Below are positions 44,076 through 59,059 of a stretch of DNA of 64,000 bases, piece by piece (positions within the stretch are counted from its first letter, which is position 1; each line of letters starts with the position of its first letter). Location: the NCBI RefSeq assembly GCF_009914755.1, contig NC_060937.1; one strand, written 5' to 3'. The notes under the pieces are model-generated. The model was not told the DNA's origin and did not search any database. It worked only from the letters and a program-made list of their open reading frames with translations. This stretch comes from the human T2T-CHM13v2.0 reference genome, Homo sapiens. The position numbers and the translations under genes are program-made.

Positions 44076-45234
44076 TTCCAAAAAATGAAGTCAGACATTT
44101 GGTTGGCTGGTTTGACAATGTGTCCTTGCTTTCTAATTAGGCTCTCTGTTGATCATTAATGAGCTAAATTTTCTACTCTAGGTAAACTGTTTAAGCCACA
44201 TGATAAAATGAAAGTATTATATCAAACATATTATCCTGGTTAAAGTGTAATAAAATTAACAATGTTTAATTTTCCCTGTCTTTTTTGAATGTATATAGGG
44301 CTTGGGTAAATAGGATGCCTCTAAATTTAAAAAATAATAGGTAAAATTGTTTATCATTTTATAAGTCTTGATAGCATCTTTTTAGTATACTATATTTTCC
44401 TGAAATTGGAAACTCAAGTCTAAGGAGACAAAAGTTATATAATTTTTCAAGTTTAATGAATAACTTAATTATATATTTTTAAATGATTTATAATATTAAA
44501 TTATTGTCATATTTGGATACCATTGGATACTTTAAGAAAAATGATGTAGCAGTTTTATATTTAAATGCCAGCATTTATAAAACACCAGAAACTACGTCTT
44601 TCCCAATTAAAGTTACGAAGAATGTTCGAGGTCAATTAAAATGTGTGGTTAGGCGAATTAAAAAAAAGTTTGAAGACCATATACATAAGCCCAGCATCTT
44701 TCAGAACTACCCCTCTTCCTCTTTCCAACTGGTCCCAAACCATTCTGGGTCAGACCATCTATCAATCACACATGGCCACATAGCCACTCACACTAGGTGC
44801 CTAGATTCGGCTCCTCTCCTATTTGTACTTCTGTCATAGTCATTATGAACCCTCCCCAGAGCCAGTCTCAGGTATTCTGAGTGTGAGGAAAGTAGACTCT
44901 CTATGCTAATCTCAACAAAGACCGAATGAGTGGGGGTTAGCTCGGAGGTTTTGTGTCTGGAGCACGTTTATCTTGGACTGTTTCTGACTCATTTGATCTT
45001 TTCAATGCTGGCTTTGCCAGCTTCCAATCTCCTTTACATATTTTGTTTAGCTGACTTTGAGAAAGACTTATAAAAGTCTTTTTTACATACAGATACTGAT
45101 TTGCACAAGATTATATCTATCTATATCTATAGACAGACATATGATATCACCTGGCTTTTAAGAAGCTTACAGCTAATAGATTTCAAATAAATAAAATACT
45201 GAAGGAAAGATACAAAACAGAATATGCAGAAATA

Positions 45235-45947
45235 CTGTATTTTATCAAATATAAGATACCACAGATGTTGCATAATTCTATGTACCATTAAGAAAGAAAA
45301 GCCACTGCTGCTTAAACACAATACATTTTTATAACAGGATCTTTATGTTATACTTACTGAAAGAACTTATAAACTTATTTAGATGTAGATTTGTATTATA
45401 TATACATTAAAAAGGAAAATAAATTGGTTAACATGTTCCTGAAACTTCATATTCAGAGTTTCATTTTTTAATATCACTTTTTGAGTCAGAGCTCTTCATG
45501 TCTATGTCTTTCCACACAGTATAGTTTTCTGTGCCCTCAGTAATATTGGTGATGCAACAATTCTTGAAAGAGTGCTTTACTCATGTCTCTAGGATTTACT
45601 TTCAAGTTGCTGATACTCTTTCTACAAGTATCTGCAAGTTTTGATGACAACTCTTTCTTGACTTTATGGAGAAGTTGTCAACAAAGGATTTTCAAACAAT
45701 TAAGACTCATAATACTTCTTTGAATGGCTCTCTTAAAGTTTGTTGACAATGAGAGTTTGCAGTTTTTCAGTCATGCTTCCATGAATAATAACCAGCTTTG
45801 AGTATGTGCATGAAACAACCACCATGTTATAACTGCTGCCTGGCTACCAGTGATCATAAAATATCAGTAATGATAAAGGCATCCTGATTTCAGAAATAAG
45901 ATGTAGAGGAAAAAATAGTGTGTTTTAGATTTGATATAATATGACAG
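45235..45947 (-). mobile_element. Tc2/pogo-family DNA transposon (Kanga/MER104-like), non-autonomous, with DDE transposase C-terminal remnant
   Basis: TIR-like ends ctgtattttatcaaatataagatac / gtgttttagatttgatataatatgacag with TA flanks; minus strand translates IIHGSMTEKLQTL..VNK and HSFKNCCITNITEGTENYTVW (POGK/Tc2-like). Confidence 0.75.
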
Positions 45948-47866
45948 TATAAAGGAAAGAATGGCTATGTTTTTCTGGGATTGTTGGGGATGGTTTCTGA
46001 GAAAAAGTCATATCTGACCACATTTGGTTTTCTGTTTGTGTGTTTAATTGTTGAACAAGCAGTCAACAGGTTATAAAAGGGGAGGGGAAGGGGAATACAT
46101 GGAGACATAAAGCAACAGGGTAAGCTGGGCATTGAAGCAGTTGGTGAGAACTTAAGATGAGTCTGGTTATCTAGGCAAATGTCAAAAGTGTCTATATGGT
46201 AAAACAAGAAGCCTAGACTCTGTTGGGCAAGTTACTATTGAGCTACTAAGATGTTAAAGGAGTGTTAGGATTTGATTCAAAGAGAGGCTTAAGATGGATG
46301 ACCAGAAGCATTTCATACCCACCTCCTTCACTTAGAAAATACAAAAATAGTACATAGATAGCCATACTTCGAATACACTATCCAAGAGAGAATGCTAGAA
46401 TTGAACAGAGCAGTGACAGGGAACACCAAAAGTGGGGAAGGAGAAGGAAGAGGCAATCTGCTGGGACAGGATTGGCTGGGGGCTGGGAATAACTTCCTCT
46501 CAATGCAGGGCAAGGATGAGTAAGGGACTTCCAGTAGCCCACAGTCCCACTGTGGGATTGTGCAATCCATGCCACAGGAGAACTCCTTGACCCTCGCAAA
46601 CCCTGAAACTAACATGGGAAGCTGCTGGAAGATGATGGGGGAGAACTGCTCTGAGACGGAGCTCATGCTGGGTCCTATACCCTTTCTGTGAGCTAAGTAG
46701 CTACAGCAAGGTGACACTTTCAAACCTCACAGACTGAATGCTGTCCTGGGCCCAGTGGCACTGGGACTGAAATGTTATGGAAGTCAGGCTGTCACTGCTG
46801 GGACTGGGAAGCCAGCTGGGAATACTGCCATGGCCAGGGCTAAGAAGCAAGCATGGCACAGGCTACAGCTGCCACTGCTAGAAAGGGAATACTTCCAGGA
46901 CTGCTACTGGAATGCAAGCACAGAGTTGCTGCTGGGACTTAGTCACAAGCTGGGTGTTTGCTCCTGCAGCCAGGGCAGGGACATGAGCTAGGTGTGAGCT
47001 ATGGCACCAGGGTGGCATATGGCAGAGGGTGAGCCTCACCAAAAATGGGGCATAGGAAGGACACATATTTCCCACCCACCAGCTTCTGCTGTGGACAATG
47101 ATGATGGCACAACCTACTCCAGTGGTAAAGCCTCACCGTAGTTGCTACTGCCCCTCACCTGAGCACTCCACCTGGAAACCAAGGATCACCCCACCTCTAT
47201 CCACCATGGCTAGTGCTGGTTCTCACCATTGGGTAACCTGAACACTAGCCAACCTAGCCCAGCTTCACCCCCTAGCTGTGAGAAAGAGCACATAGCCCAG
47301 GGTCGTGGGGATTGCCCAACATAATCCACTACCTTAGGCAACTGAGCATGCAACCAAACCATAACAACAAACAGTAAGAGAAAAATAAAGAAATAACAAA
47401 TATATAAAACAACCAGAAAACAATTTACAGTATGACAGAAACAAAGCCTTACATATTAATAATAACCTTGAATGTAAACGGGTTAAATTCTCTACTTGAA
47501 AGATAATAGGATGGCTGAATGGATTTTAAAAAGTGATCCAACTATGTACTGTTTACAAGAAACTCACCTTATGAGTAAAGTCATGTAAGTTGAAAGGAAA
47601 GAAATGGAAAAAATATTCTACACTATCAGAAGCAAAAAGTGGGCAGGAGTCACTATACTTATATCAGATAAAACAGACTTTAGGTCAAGAAAAGTAGGAA
47701 AAGAAAAAAGATCATTATGTAATAATTTTTAAAAATCAATCCAGCAAGAGGATACACAATTTTAAATATATATGCATCCAACACTGCAATACCCAGATTC
47801 ATAAAGCAAATATTCTTAGATCTAAAGAGAGAGATGGATTGCAACACAATAATGGTGGAGGACTTC

Positions 47867-47918
47867 GTCTGGACACAGTGGCTCACGCCAGCAATCCCAG
47901 CCACTTGGAAAGCTGAAG
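47867..47918 (+). mobile_element. Alu 5' stub (~50 nt) at an L1 deletion junction
   Basis: gtctggacacagtggctcacgccagcaatcccagccacttggaaagctgaag matches Alu positions ~1-52. Confidence 0.75.
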
Positions 47919-48259
47919 TGTTCATCAGTATTGAATGGATAAAGAAAAGGTAGTAAAGGAATGAAATCACATCACTGCAGCAACATGGATGGAACTGGAG
48001 GTCATTATCTTAAGTGAAAGAAGCCGGACAGAAAAAGACAAATATCACATGTCTCACTTACATGTGGGAGCTAAAATATTTGATCATATGGAAGTAGAGA
48101 GGAGAAAGATACATAACACAAACTGCAAAGAGTGAGTGTGGGAGAAAAGGGAAGATGAAGAGAAGCAGACTAAAAGGTATAAACATGCAGTAATATTTAA
48201 GAAATAAATTCAATATTTGATAGTAGAGTGACTACCCTTATCAAAAATATACTGTACTT

Positions 48260-48549
48260 GGCCAGGCACGGTGGCTCATGCCTCTAATCCCAGCACTTTG
48301 GGAGGCTGAGGGGGGTGGATCAGGAGGTCAGGAGACAGAGACCATCCTGGCTAACATGATGAAACCCCGTCTCTACTAAAAATACAAAAAAATTAGCTGG
48401 GCGTGGTGGCGGGCGCCTGTAGTCCCAGCTACTTGGGAGGCTGAGGCAGGAGAATGGCGTAACCCCAGAGGCGGAGCTTGCAGTGACCCGAGATCATGCC
48501 ACTGCACTCCTGCCTGGGTGACAGAGCAAGGCTCTGTCTCAAAAATTTA

Positions 48550-48567
<18 letters not shown>
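48260..48567 (+). mobile_element. AluY-like insertion in the L1MA3 3'UTR
   Basis: gaccatcctggctaac, gagaatggcgt and gcggagcttgcagtga diagnostics; poly(A) then (AT)n. Confidence 0.95.
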
Positions 48568-48580
<13 letters not shown>

Positions 48581-49084
48581 TACTCATATGATGGACACTC
48601 TAAATACCCTGACTTGATCACCACACATTATATACATGTAGCAAAATTACTCATGTACACTATAAGTTTGTACAAATAAATTTTATTCAAAAAAAATTAC
48701 TCTCATCCAGCAAAAGAGAAGTTTAAGGAATGTAAACATGCAAAGAAGCTACTAGCAGCAATAGTACAGAGATTATGTAAGTAAATACTCTTGGAAGTCC
48801 TCAAGAGAATGAAAGCAGCATCTATAGCATCTACATCCATGGTGCCATGAAGACCAGGCTCCCATTGCAGTTCTGAGTAGATGATAGTTGTGGCCTTTTG
48901 CCTCTGACCTTTCATGCCTCGACCAAATCTGTAACACAGGGGAAAAAACTCCTGCGGAATCAGATTCCTTCAATTCACCCTAGGCACGCATTGAACCCTT
49001 TTAACCAAGTAGAGAGTTTTATCAGTAGTCTCCAGTGCGACTGTAACACAAAGGAACTAGATAAAGTAATTGTTCTTCACAAAA

Positions 49085-49246
49085 TATAGTGGAGAGACAT
49101 TAAGCAGAAGGAAAGGAAGGGAAAGGAAGAAAGAAAAAAGGAAAGGAAAAGAGAAGAAGAGGGAGGGAGGGAGGAAAGAAGGAAGAAAGAAGAATGAGGA
49201 AGGAAGAATGAGGACGGAAGGAAGAATGAGGAAGGAAGGAAGGAGA
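49085..49246. repeat. GA-rich low-complexity tract
   Basis: gaaggaaaggaagg..., with a gaatgaggaaggaaga unit repeated. Confidence 0.9.
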
Positions 49247-49304
49247 ATCATCACTTGAAATAGGAGAACCCATTTTCACTTTGAAAGTTTAGAAAGTATA
49301 CACA

Positions 49305-49690
49305 ATAGTATAGCAGTCAGCCATAAAAAAGAGTGAAATCATGTATTTTGCAACAACATGGATGGAATTGAAGGCCATTATCTTCAGTGAAACAACTCAG
49401 ACACAGAAAGACAAGTACCACAAACTATCACTTATAAGTGGGAGCTAAATAATGTATACACATGGACATAGAGTGTGGAATGCTAGACAATGGAGACCTG
49501 GAGAGATGAGGGGGTGAGAGGTAGGTGGATGATGAAAAACTACTTAATGGGTACAATGTATGTTATTCTGTTGATAGATATACTAAAAACCCTGACTTCA
49601 CCACTATGCAATCTATCCATGTAACAAAATTACATATGTACCTTGTAAATTTATATAAAAATAGATTTTTCTTTTTTTAAAAAAAAAGAA
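49305..49690 (+). mobile_element. L1MA2-like 3' end fragment
   Basis: catggatggaattgaaggccattatc...acttaatgggtacaatgta...ccctgacttcaccactatgcaatctatccatgtaacaaaatt. Confidence 0.85.
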
Positions 49691-49836
49691 AGCCTAAAAG
49701 GGCTTCCATAGATGAAACACGAAGACATCTAAAAGAACTTGTTCCCACAGGGTGAAGTTCTGTTAAATTTCTTATGCCTCCTCCTACCTCTTTACCCATC
49801 TTTATTCATATATTTGGATTAGAATTAAGATATACT

Positions 49837-51170
<1,334 letters not shown>

Positions 51171-51199
51171 AAATTCAATATTCCTGATTATGATTTATA

Positions 51200-51405
51200 A
51201 TCACTTACTAAGTCTTTGCTCTGCACAGGAACTGTGCTTTTTCATACATTATCTCATTTTAGTCCTACAGGAGTCCGAGAAGTAACGTTATTATTTACAT
51301 TTTACAGATAAGGAAATAGAAGTGAAGAAAGGCCCCAGGTTACATTCCAATAACAAATTCAAACCTAGTGTTTTAAAGTCCAAAGTCCATACTCTTAACC
51401 TACTG
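51200..51405 (-). mobile_element. MIR
   Basis: catacattatctcattttagtcctac...cattttacagataaggaaatagaag...ttcaaacctag...tccaaagtccatactcttaacc. Confidence 0.75.
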
Positions 51406-51543
51406 CTTTAAGAAATAAAATTAGCTCTCACTTCCAAAAGGTGCCCTAAGGCACCAAAAACTGCCCTAGGCAGGCTTCTTAATCAGAAGCCAACTTTAAA
51501 CTAGTCGATTGTAGGCTTAGAAATTCATTTCCTTATTCACTTA

Positions 51544-51708
51544 CAGTAGTGTTTCCCCAACTTGCCTTATCATACAGATCACCTGAGGGGAATCTCAGGC
51601 TACAGATAACAGACTTTCTGAATCAGTCCCCAGGGGCAGGGGCTGAACATCTGAATATTTAACAGGTTCTCCAGATGACTCTAATGTTTCTCCAGTTTGA
51701 AAACACTT
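51544..51708. mobile_element. MER5-type hAT MITE
   Basis: cagtagtgtttccccaactt...gatcacctgaggg...ctgaatcag...atttaacaggttctccagatgactctaatg...tttgaaaacact. Confidence 0.7.
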
Positions 51709-51799
51709 ACTTTAAAAAAAAAAAAAAAAAAAAAAAAGAGCACCTGGCACCCACACACTTTATTTGCAACTCTGTTTCCTGGGATAAATAATGGCAGTA

Positions 51800-52010
51800 A
51801 TAAGAAATGCTAATTATCACCTAGAGCTTACCTCAGGCCAGGCAGGCACTTTTCTAAGTATTTTGTATGTATTATCTTCTTTAATCCAACAAACCTACAA
51901 GTAGTTACTGTTTTTATAAGGCAACTAAGGTACCAGCTGCCTACAATCATACCAGTAAGTAGTGAACCACAGTTTAATTCTGCTCTTTGATTCCATGACC
52001 ACTCTTTTTA
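51800..52010 (-). mobile_element. MIR
   Basis: gcttacctcaggcca...ttctaagtattttgtatgtattatc...tttaatcc...ctttgattcca. Confidence 0.6.
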
Positions 52011-53410
52011 TCAAAACTATTCTATCTCCACTTGTCAAATCTGCCACAACCATACCTGAAGAGAAGTTTGGGCAAACACGTGGCCATGATGTGACATTTC
52101 CAAAAGGCCCAAGAATAAAATTAACAGCCTGGAAAGAGCATCTCTTCACTGCCAGAACCCACTGAAGCTTTGGATTATGCTCTGGGCAGTTCAAAAGATC
52201 CTGCTACTTTGATTACTTTCAGCAGGAAGATTGGAGAAGAGTGGGAAAGAGCTCTGGAGAGCTCAGCCAACAGATTCACAACATGCACCTAATTATTTTC
52301 ATATCTTTTCCATAGCCATCCATGTGCTAGCCTCCCATGTATAAACATGATGAGTTTATAGTCTAAGAAAGGAGGAAGACAATCAGCCATAATACCAACT
52401 ATTCCAGACCGACCTATTGACCATATGCACAGCTCTTAAGGTCTTGTATAGATTATGGTGTCTACCAAAGAAGTTTGAAGGGCAGAGGGTCAGCTGGTTC
52501 CTTACAATAGGTTATACTAAAAGCAATCTCAGAGTTGCTTATTAATTAGATGTTTATCAATTAAAATTTTATCAGCAAAGACAGTATTAAAGAAACTATT
52601 TATATGACTTCTGTAGACTGGAGAAAGCTTCTGTTGTCTTTCTTTTCAGATGATCTGACCACCAATTTTGTATGAAAGGCTCATTCTAGAACAATGCAAG
52701 ATTCCAGAGGCAGGATTCTGCCACCTTTATCTGAAAGAATCTAGCGTTCTAGAAACCAGGCCTTTTAAGTGCGGTCCCTAAGGATGCATATAGTTACAGA
52801 TCCCGCTGAATTCTTATATCGTATTCATGTTAATTTAAAAACAATCAATGTATATTAAATATCTTTATTTCACAATTGACAGCTCATTTCTAATATTCCT
52901 CACATTTAGCACCAGGCTGTTTTTACACTAATACAAGCCTATTTCTTACAGATAGTGTGCTAATTAGAAAGCATCTGTTATTGATGGAGATATGGATAAC
53001 AGGAAGGCCTGTGATAGCTGCCTCTGGAGTGTGTAGTCCTTGCTGATAGAATGTTATTTGACACCCTGGGCTACACTTTCTTAATTAGTAGACTGACCAC
53101 TTCTTGACTGTGCTTTCTAGATAATGCTAAAGAACTTTGAAAGTAATTACAGATACTGTAACAACAACAGCTAAGAAAGTAGCAACCATAAGTGCTATAT
53201 AGGAAGTCCATGACAGGGTTTTTGATAGAGAGAAACAGTTTTCTGTTTCCAGAGACCCAAGACTGGTTGTGGGAGGGTCAAGAGTCAGGAATCACCTTTC
53301 CTACTTTTCCTTTTTTCCTGCAGTCCTCCTGCCTCAGTTGTCTAGAAGTACAGCTAGGGAAGAATGGAAAATATATAGGGAGGCATTAGCCAGGAGTAGA
53401 GAATTAGAAT

Positions 53411-53807
53411 TGTCTAGTGCATTTGGGCTGCTACAAAATACCTTAGTCTAGTTAATTCATAAAGAGCAACATTTATTTCTTACAGTTTTAGAGAGTGAGA
53501 AGTCCAAGATGTAGTCACCAGCAGATTTAGGGTCCAGTGAGGGCTTGCTCTCCACTTCAAAGACGGCACCTTGTTGCTGCCTTTCACTTCACCAATGGTC
53601 TCTTAAGAATGGGTTTTATTTTAATAATTAAACGATGAAGTGAAAGGCAGCTCCCTTCAACCTCTTTTATAGGGGCACTAATACCATATATCTTAATTCT
53701 TCAGGACTTAACCTCCTCCTGAAGGCCCACCCCCGCCACTCTTCATACTATCACACTGGGGATTAAGTTTCAACATGAATTTTGCAGGACACCAACATTT
53801 CATAGCA
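53411..53807 (-). mobile_element. MSTC/MSTD-like MaLR LTR
   Basis: tgtctagtgcatttgggctgcta...gaagtccaagat...ggggattaagtttcaacatgaattt...catagca; flanks agaat/ggaat. Confidence 0.8.
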
Positions 53808-54205
53808 GGAATCATGATAGTTAGAGGGGACAGATAGCATCAGTGCCAGAGAGTAACATGAAAGCGTCCTATGAACGCTCAACTCGTAACTTCCCCAATC
53901 ACCAGCAGAGCTGCTACAGTAGCCTCAGCAGTCCTTAGACACATGGATTAGTTCTTCACAGAATACACACCATTCTGAGCCCATTTCCCACCAACCAACT
54001 CTAAACTGTTGAAACTACTGTCTCCACCATTTCTCCTTAACAACTTCCTTTCTATTCAGCCTGATCTAACACTTTTCTAGAGACTGTTAGATCTCTGGAA
54101 AAGCAATAACTGGTCATTTATATTTTTCAACATACCCTTTCCTCTGCTTCCTAGTTCCTAAATGATGTCAGCTAGTGATTCTGTTCATTTTTATGTTTCT
54201 GCTAT

Positions 54206-54511
54206 ATTTTTCTTTTCTTTTTTTCAGATGGGGTCTCACTTTGTTGCCCAGGCTGGAGTACAGTGGCACAATCTTGGCCTCACTGCAACCTCAATCTCCC
54301 GGGCTCATGTGATCTCCCACCTCAGCCTCCTGAGTAGCTGGGACTACAGGCACACTACACCACACCTGGCTGGTTGTTGTTGTTTTTTCTTTAGTAGACA
54401 GGAGGTTTCACCATGTTGCCAGGCTGGTCTCAAATTCCTGAGCTCAAGCAATCCTCCCACCTCAGCCTTCCTAAGTGTCAGGATTACAGGCATGAGCCAC
54501 TGCACTCAGCC
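54206..54511 (-). mobile_element. AluJ
   Basis: gggtctcactttgttgccc...gggctcatgtgatctcccacctcagcc...gagctcaagcaatcctcccacc. Confidence 0.9.
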
Positions 54512-54529
54512 TGTTTTTCTTTTTATAAT

Positions 54530-55880
54530 TAAAAAAGCTATGCTTTACTCTACATGCCTATTATAAAAAGAACTCAAGTGACATATAAAAAAATAAGTAA
54601 AAATCACCTTAACTCCTACAATCCAGAGTGCCACTGTTAGCAAACTAACTTTAATGTCTTAATACAAATACATATAAATTTGTATAATTTTACATAAATG
54701 GGACCATCTTATCCATGTTACTTTTATCATATCATGGTTCTTAAACACATTTTAAAATTTTTTTTAACACAATTAAAAAAATTTTTTAACATATTTAAAA
54801 ATTTTTAAATCGTGGCTTACTTAGACATTCTAGTAGAATCATAAACATATGTACACATATATGGGGGACTTGTCATTGTTTTGAATGAAAACTTGTATGT
54901 ATTCTTCCCTTTATCTTGCTTTTATCACTTAATAATAAACATTGGAAATTTCTCCAAGCCAATGGTTTACATTTCATTCATTATTTTTAATGTCAGCATA
55001 ATGTTCCATGATACAGATAGCTGGAGTTTATTCATTCTCTGCATAATGGGGATTCATATTTTTTTCTAGGTTTTTTTTTTGTCCCTACAAACAAGGTATG
55101 AGTACTTATCTTCTTACATATATTCTCAATATGCCAGGCACTTTTATCCCTTTGACTATTTCTAGGAGTAGGATTGCTATGTTGAAGATTGTGTATATTT
55201 TTTATTCTAATGAATTTTGCCAAATTATGTGCCAAAAAACCTTTCAGAATTCACACATCTGTTTGCCAAGTGGAAGAGTGCTCTTTTCCTCAGCTCTTTA
55301 CCAGTGGAGGTGTATGATCACTCTTTAATTTTTGTCATTCTAATGGGAGAAATCATCTCTCTCATTGCTAGTTTAATGAGTCTTTTCATGACCACTAGTA
55401 AAGTTTAATCCTTTTATATGTTTATTTTCCACTTGGATTTCCTTTTCTGTAAAACATCTATTTATATCTTTTGTCCATTTAACAAGATCTTCCTTTCTAT
55501 TCTGCCCCCTTTTAGGTGGTTATTGCATAAGTTTAGTCTATCATATATGTGTTGCACTTATTTTTCCTAATAAATCATTTGTGTCTTGATTTTGTATTTG
55601 CTATCAACAATTGTTTAAATGTTTGATTTGTATATAGTCAAGCATGCCTATCTTTTTCTTTGTGGCTTCTGGGTTTCTTCTTTTGCTTTCAGAATGTTCA
55701 CTATTACAATGAAACTGCAACAAACATTCTAGACTACACCTCCAATTGTTTCCTTGGACTGAATTCCTAAAAGTTAAATTAGCAAATTAATGAGCTAGAA
55801 CATTTTTAAGATTCTTAATGATGTTGCCAAATTTTTCTCGAGATAAACTGTGGTTGTGGCCTTTTAAATCCATCTAGCAG
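54530..55880 (-). mobile_element. Ancient L1ME-type 3' region remnants
   Basis: tttctaggagtaggattgct...ttgccaaatt...cttttatatgtttatttt...cttttctgtaaa...tttatatcttttgtccattt. Confidence 0.6.
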
Positions 55881-55882
55881 AG

Positions 55883-56254
55883 TGTATTAGTCCAATCTCA
55901 CACTGCTGTAAAGATACTACCCGAGACTGGGTAATTTATAAAGGAGAGAGGTTTAATTGACTCACAGTTCCCCATGGCTGTGGAGGCCTCAGGAAAGTTA
56001 CAATTGTGGCAGAAGGCGAAGGGGAAGCAAGGCATCTTCTTCACACGCTGGCAGGAGAAAGAAGAGTACGTGGAGGAATTTGCCAAACACTTATAAAACC
56101 ATCAGATCTCGTGAGAATTCACTCGCTATCACGAGAACAGCATGGGGGACCCGCCCCCATAATGCAATCGCTTCCCAACAGGTGACTTCCTAAACACCTG
56201 TGGATTACACTTCAAGATGAGATTTGGGTGGAGACACAAAGCCTAACCATATCA
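55883..56254 (-). mobile_element. MSTA/THE1D-like solo LTR
   Basis: tgtattagtcc...aaccatatca; TSD CAGAG at 55878-55882 and 56255-56259. Confidence 0.92.
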
Positions 56255-56740
56255 CAGAGTATATGAGGGCTTATTGTACAGCACCCTCCCCAGTATTCAG
56301 TATTCTTATACTTATCTCTTCACTGACTCTACTTTATATCTCTAATCATAATCATCCCTCTGTGTGCTCACATCTCTTGCTATATCCTGAAAATCTTGAC
56401 ATCAGGCTGGTGGTTCACATTTTTTCTAAGGTAGCACTCTGTGGAACATCTTCAATAACTCCTGGAGCAAAAGGAATTTCATTTTCCTTTGGGGCAGTTT
56501 TTACTGCTATTGATTACAAACTATACCTTACTACAGCCACTAACTTTATCTTCCAAGAGAGACAGCTTTTTTCCCTTATAGTTTATAATACGGATGGACA
56601 TAAACTACATTGATAAGGGTGTCTTGTTCACAAAAGACAGGCAACAGTAAGCTGGAAGAAGCTTCAAGACTTCATTTCTTCTGGACCCCTGCTTTCCAAG
56701 GATATCTGAAAGCACAGGGTCCACAAGAGTTTATCTATCC

Positions 56741-56925
56741 CAGTGATTCTCAAACCTCACATCTATCAGAATCACCTGAGGGCTTGTTAAAAGACCTAGT
56801 GCTGAGTCCCAATCCCAGAGTATCTGATTCAGTAGGTCTGGGGCAGGGTTCAAGGATTTGCATTTCTAACAAGTTTCCAGGTGATATTAATGATGCTGGT
56901 TCATTAGCAACACTTGAGACCCTCT
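56741..56925. mobile_element. MER5A
   Basis: cagtgattctcaaac...atcagaatcacctgagggcttgttaaaa...tctgattcagtaggtctggggcaggg...tttgcatttctaacaagtttccaggtgat. Confidence 0.88.
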
Positions 56926-56974
56926 CATCTGCCCAAACCCCACCTATTTTGGTAATAGAGACAAGTATTAAATA

Positions 56975-57537
<563 letters not shown>

Positions 57538-59059
57538 CTATCCCCATCTTTGTTCATTTGAACAGACATGAGGGAAGAAGAATATGCTTAGATAAATCTT
57601 GCATGCATAACTTTCTGGGCTACCCAGTGTCTCTGGCTAAGATATTTTAAGTTTCATGCAAGTTGGTGCTCTGTGAGTGTTTTTTTTAAGTGGTTATTTC
57701 AAGATTATAGTGTTCTTATTTCAAAGATTATAATGTTACACTAATGGGTGGAAAATATTGACCACTTTTTTCATATTTATTAAAACATAACAGCTGCATC
57801 TTTAGGTACAAGAAATAGCCATTCATTGACTTATTCCACAAATATGTATTAAACATCTGGAATGTACCAGGTGCTGTGAATACCATATCTAGTGGATTTG
57901 GCATTGACTTTAGGTCAAGTCAACTTACTTAGGTGCCTCTTAACAGTCTAAGAATATCAGGAATGTTTCCATAACTCCCCCTACAATATGGGTGAAGAAA
58001 TACAGTTTAACAACCCAATCATGATTTTGGCTTCTTCCAAATCCACCGTGTTCACCTAGAAATGGACCTAGATTAGAGTCAACTTTACATTCTGCAAAGA
58101 AGCAATAATATTTTCTATAATTCAAGTTGGCACATTAAAGATAATCATTTCTGTTTGTCTTTGGGGATTTTCTAAAGCAGGCATATTCTGTTTAATGCTG
58201 TCATAAGTAGGACCAATTAGTCAAAAAAGTTTGTGTCTGAAGCATTTCCTCCCCATGAAAAAAAGTTACTTGATGATTTTCCCCATGCCCTAAACACCAT
58301 TATGTACTCTGAGAGACAAAAATCTGCATGGTAGACTGCACGGTGCATTCTTGGTGCTATGTTAACAGTTGTTCCTGATGGTGAACACCCAGGTAGCACT
58401 CTACTCAGGTTACTCTGTGTTGTCATGCTCTGCCTATGTGTTGTTTAATCCTTTTTACTAGTTATTCTGTGATGAATTGGGCTTTAACTTCTAATGTCCA
58501 ACAAAGTGTGTGCAAATAACAGTACTGGACCTATCTCAAATAAACAACAACAATAAAACCATCCCAAAAGATGGGAAAACGCAAATTTTATGATATCTCA
58601 AGTCTCTTTCAAGGAAACAACAATGGAAAAGAGAGTAAAAATCTTCAGGCAATTAGGGATTGGTGGAAGGGCTTTGGCTTAACAATAGGAATCAGACATC
58701 GCTAGTTAATGTCAGTCAGTGGTTTCAAAAGATTTGAAAGAAAAGAGGATTGATTTCCAAGTAGCCACTGTACCTTTCCAGCCCTGGGGGTCCATCTTCA
58801 TTCCTCCAAGTCCACATGGGTGCCACAAACCTGGCTGCACAGAGCCTGGGTGCAGGATCAGCTAATTACCATAGAGGTTGTGCTAATACTATCCATTCTG
58901 GTATCAGTTCCATTCCTTTCAGAAACACATGGGATATACTCCATGGGGAAGTGAGGCAGGAAGTGAACTTAGTGGCATGTGGTTGAACTTCATACCCTCC
59001 AAGCTACTTTTGAAACTTGTTGCAAAAATTCCAAATAACGTACCATTGCATTTGATTCA

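Larger units (their letters stand above)
46281..48700 (+). mobile_element. L1MA3-like element with large internal deletions (5'UTR, ORF2 EN fragment, 3' end)
   Basis: aagatggatgaccagaagc 5' start; jump to inter-ORF/ORF2 start at ~47350-47866; jump to C-terminus/3'UTR near 47920; L1MA3-type end taaataccctgacttgatcaccacacattatatacatgta...tttgtacaaataaa. Confidence 0.8.
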
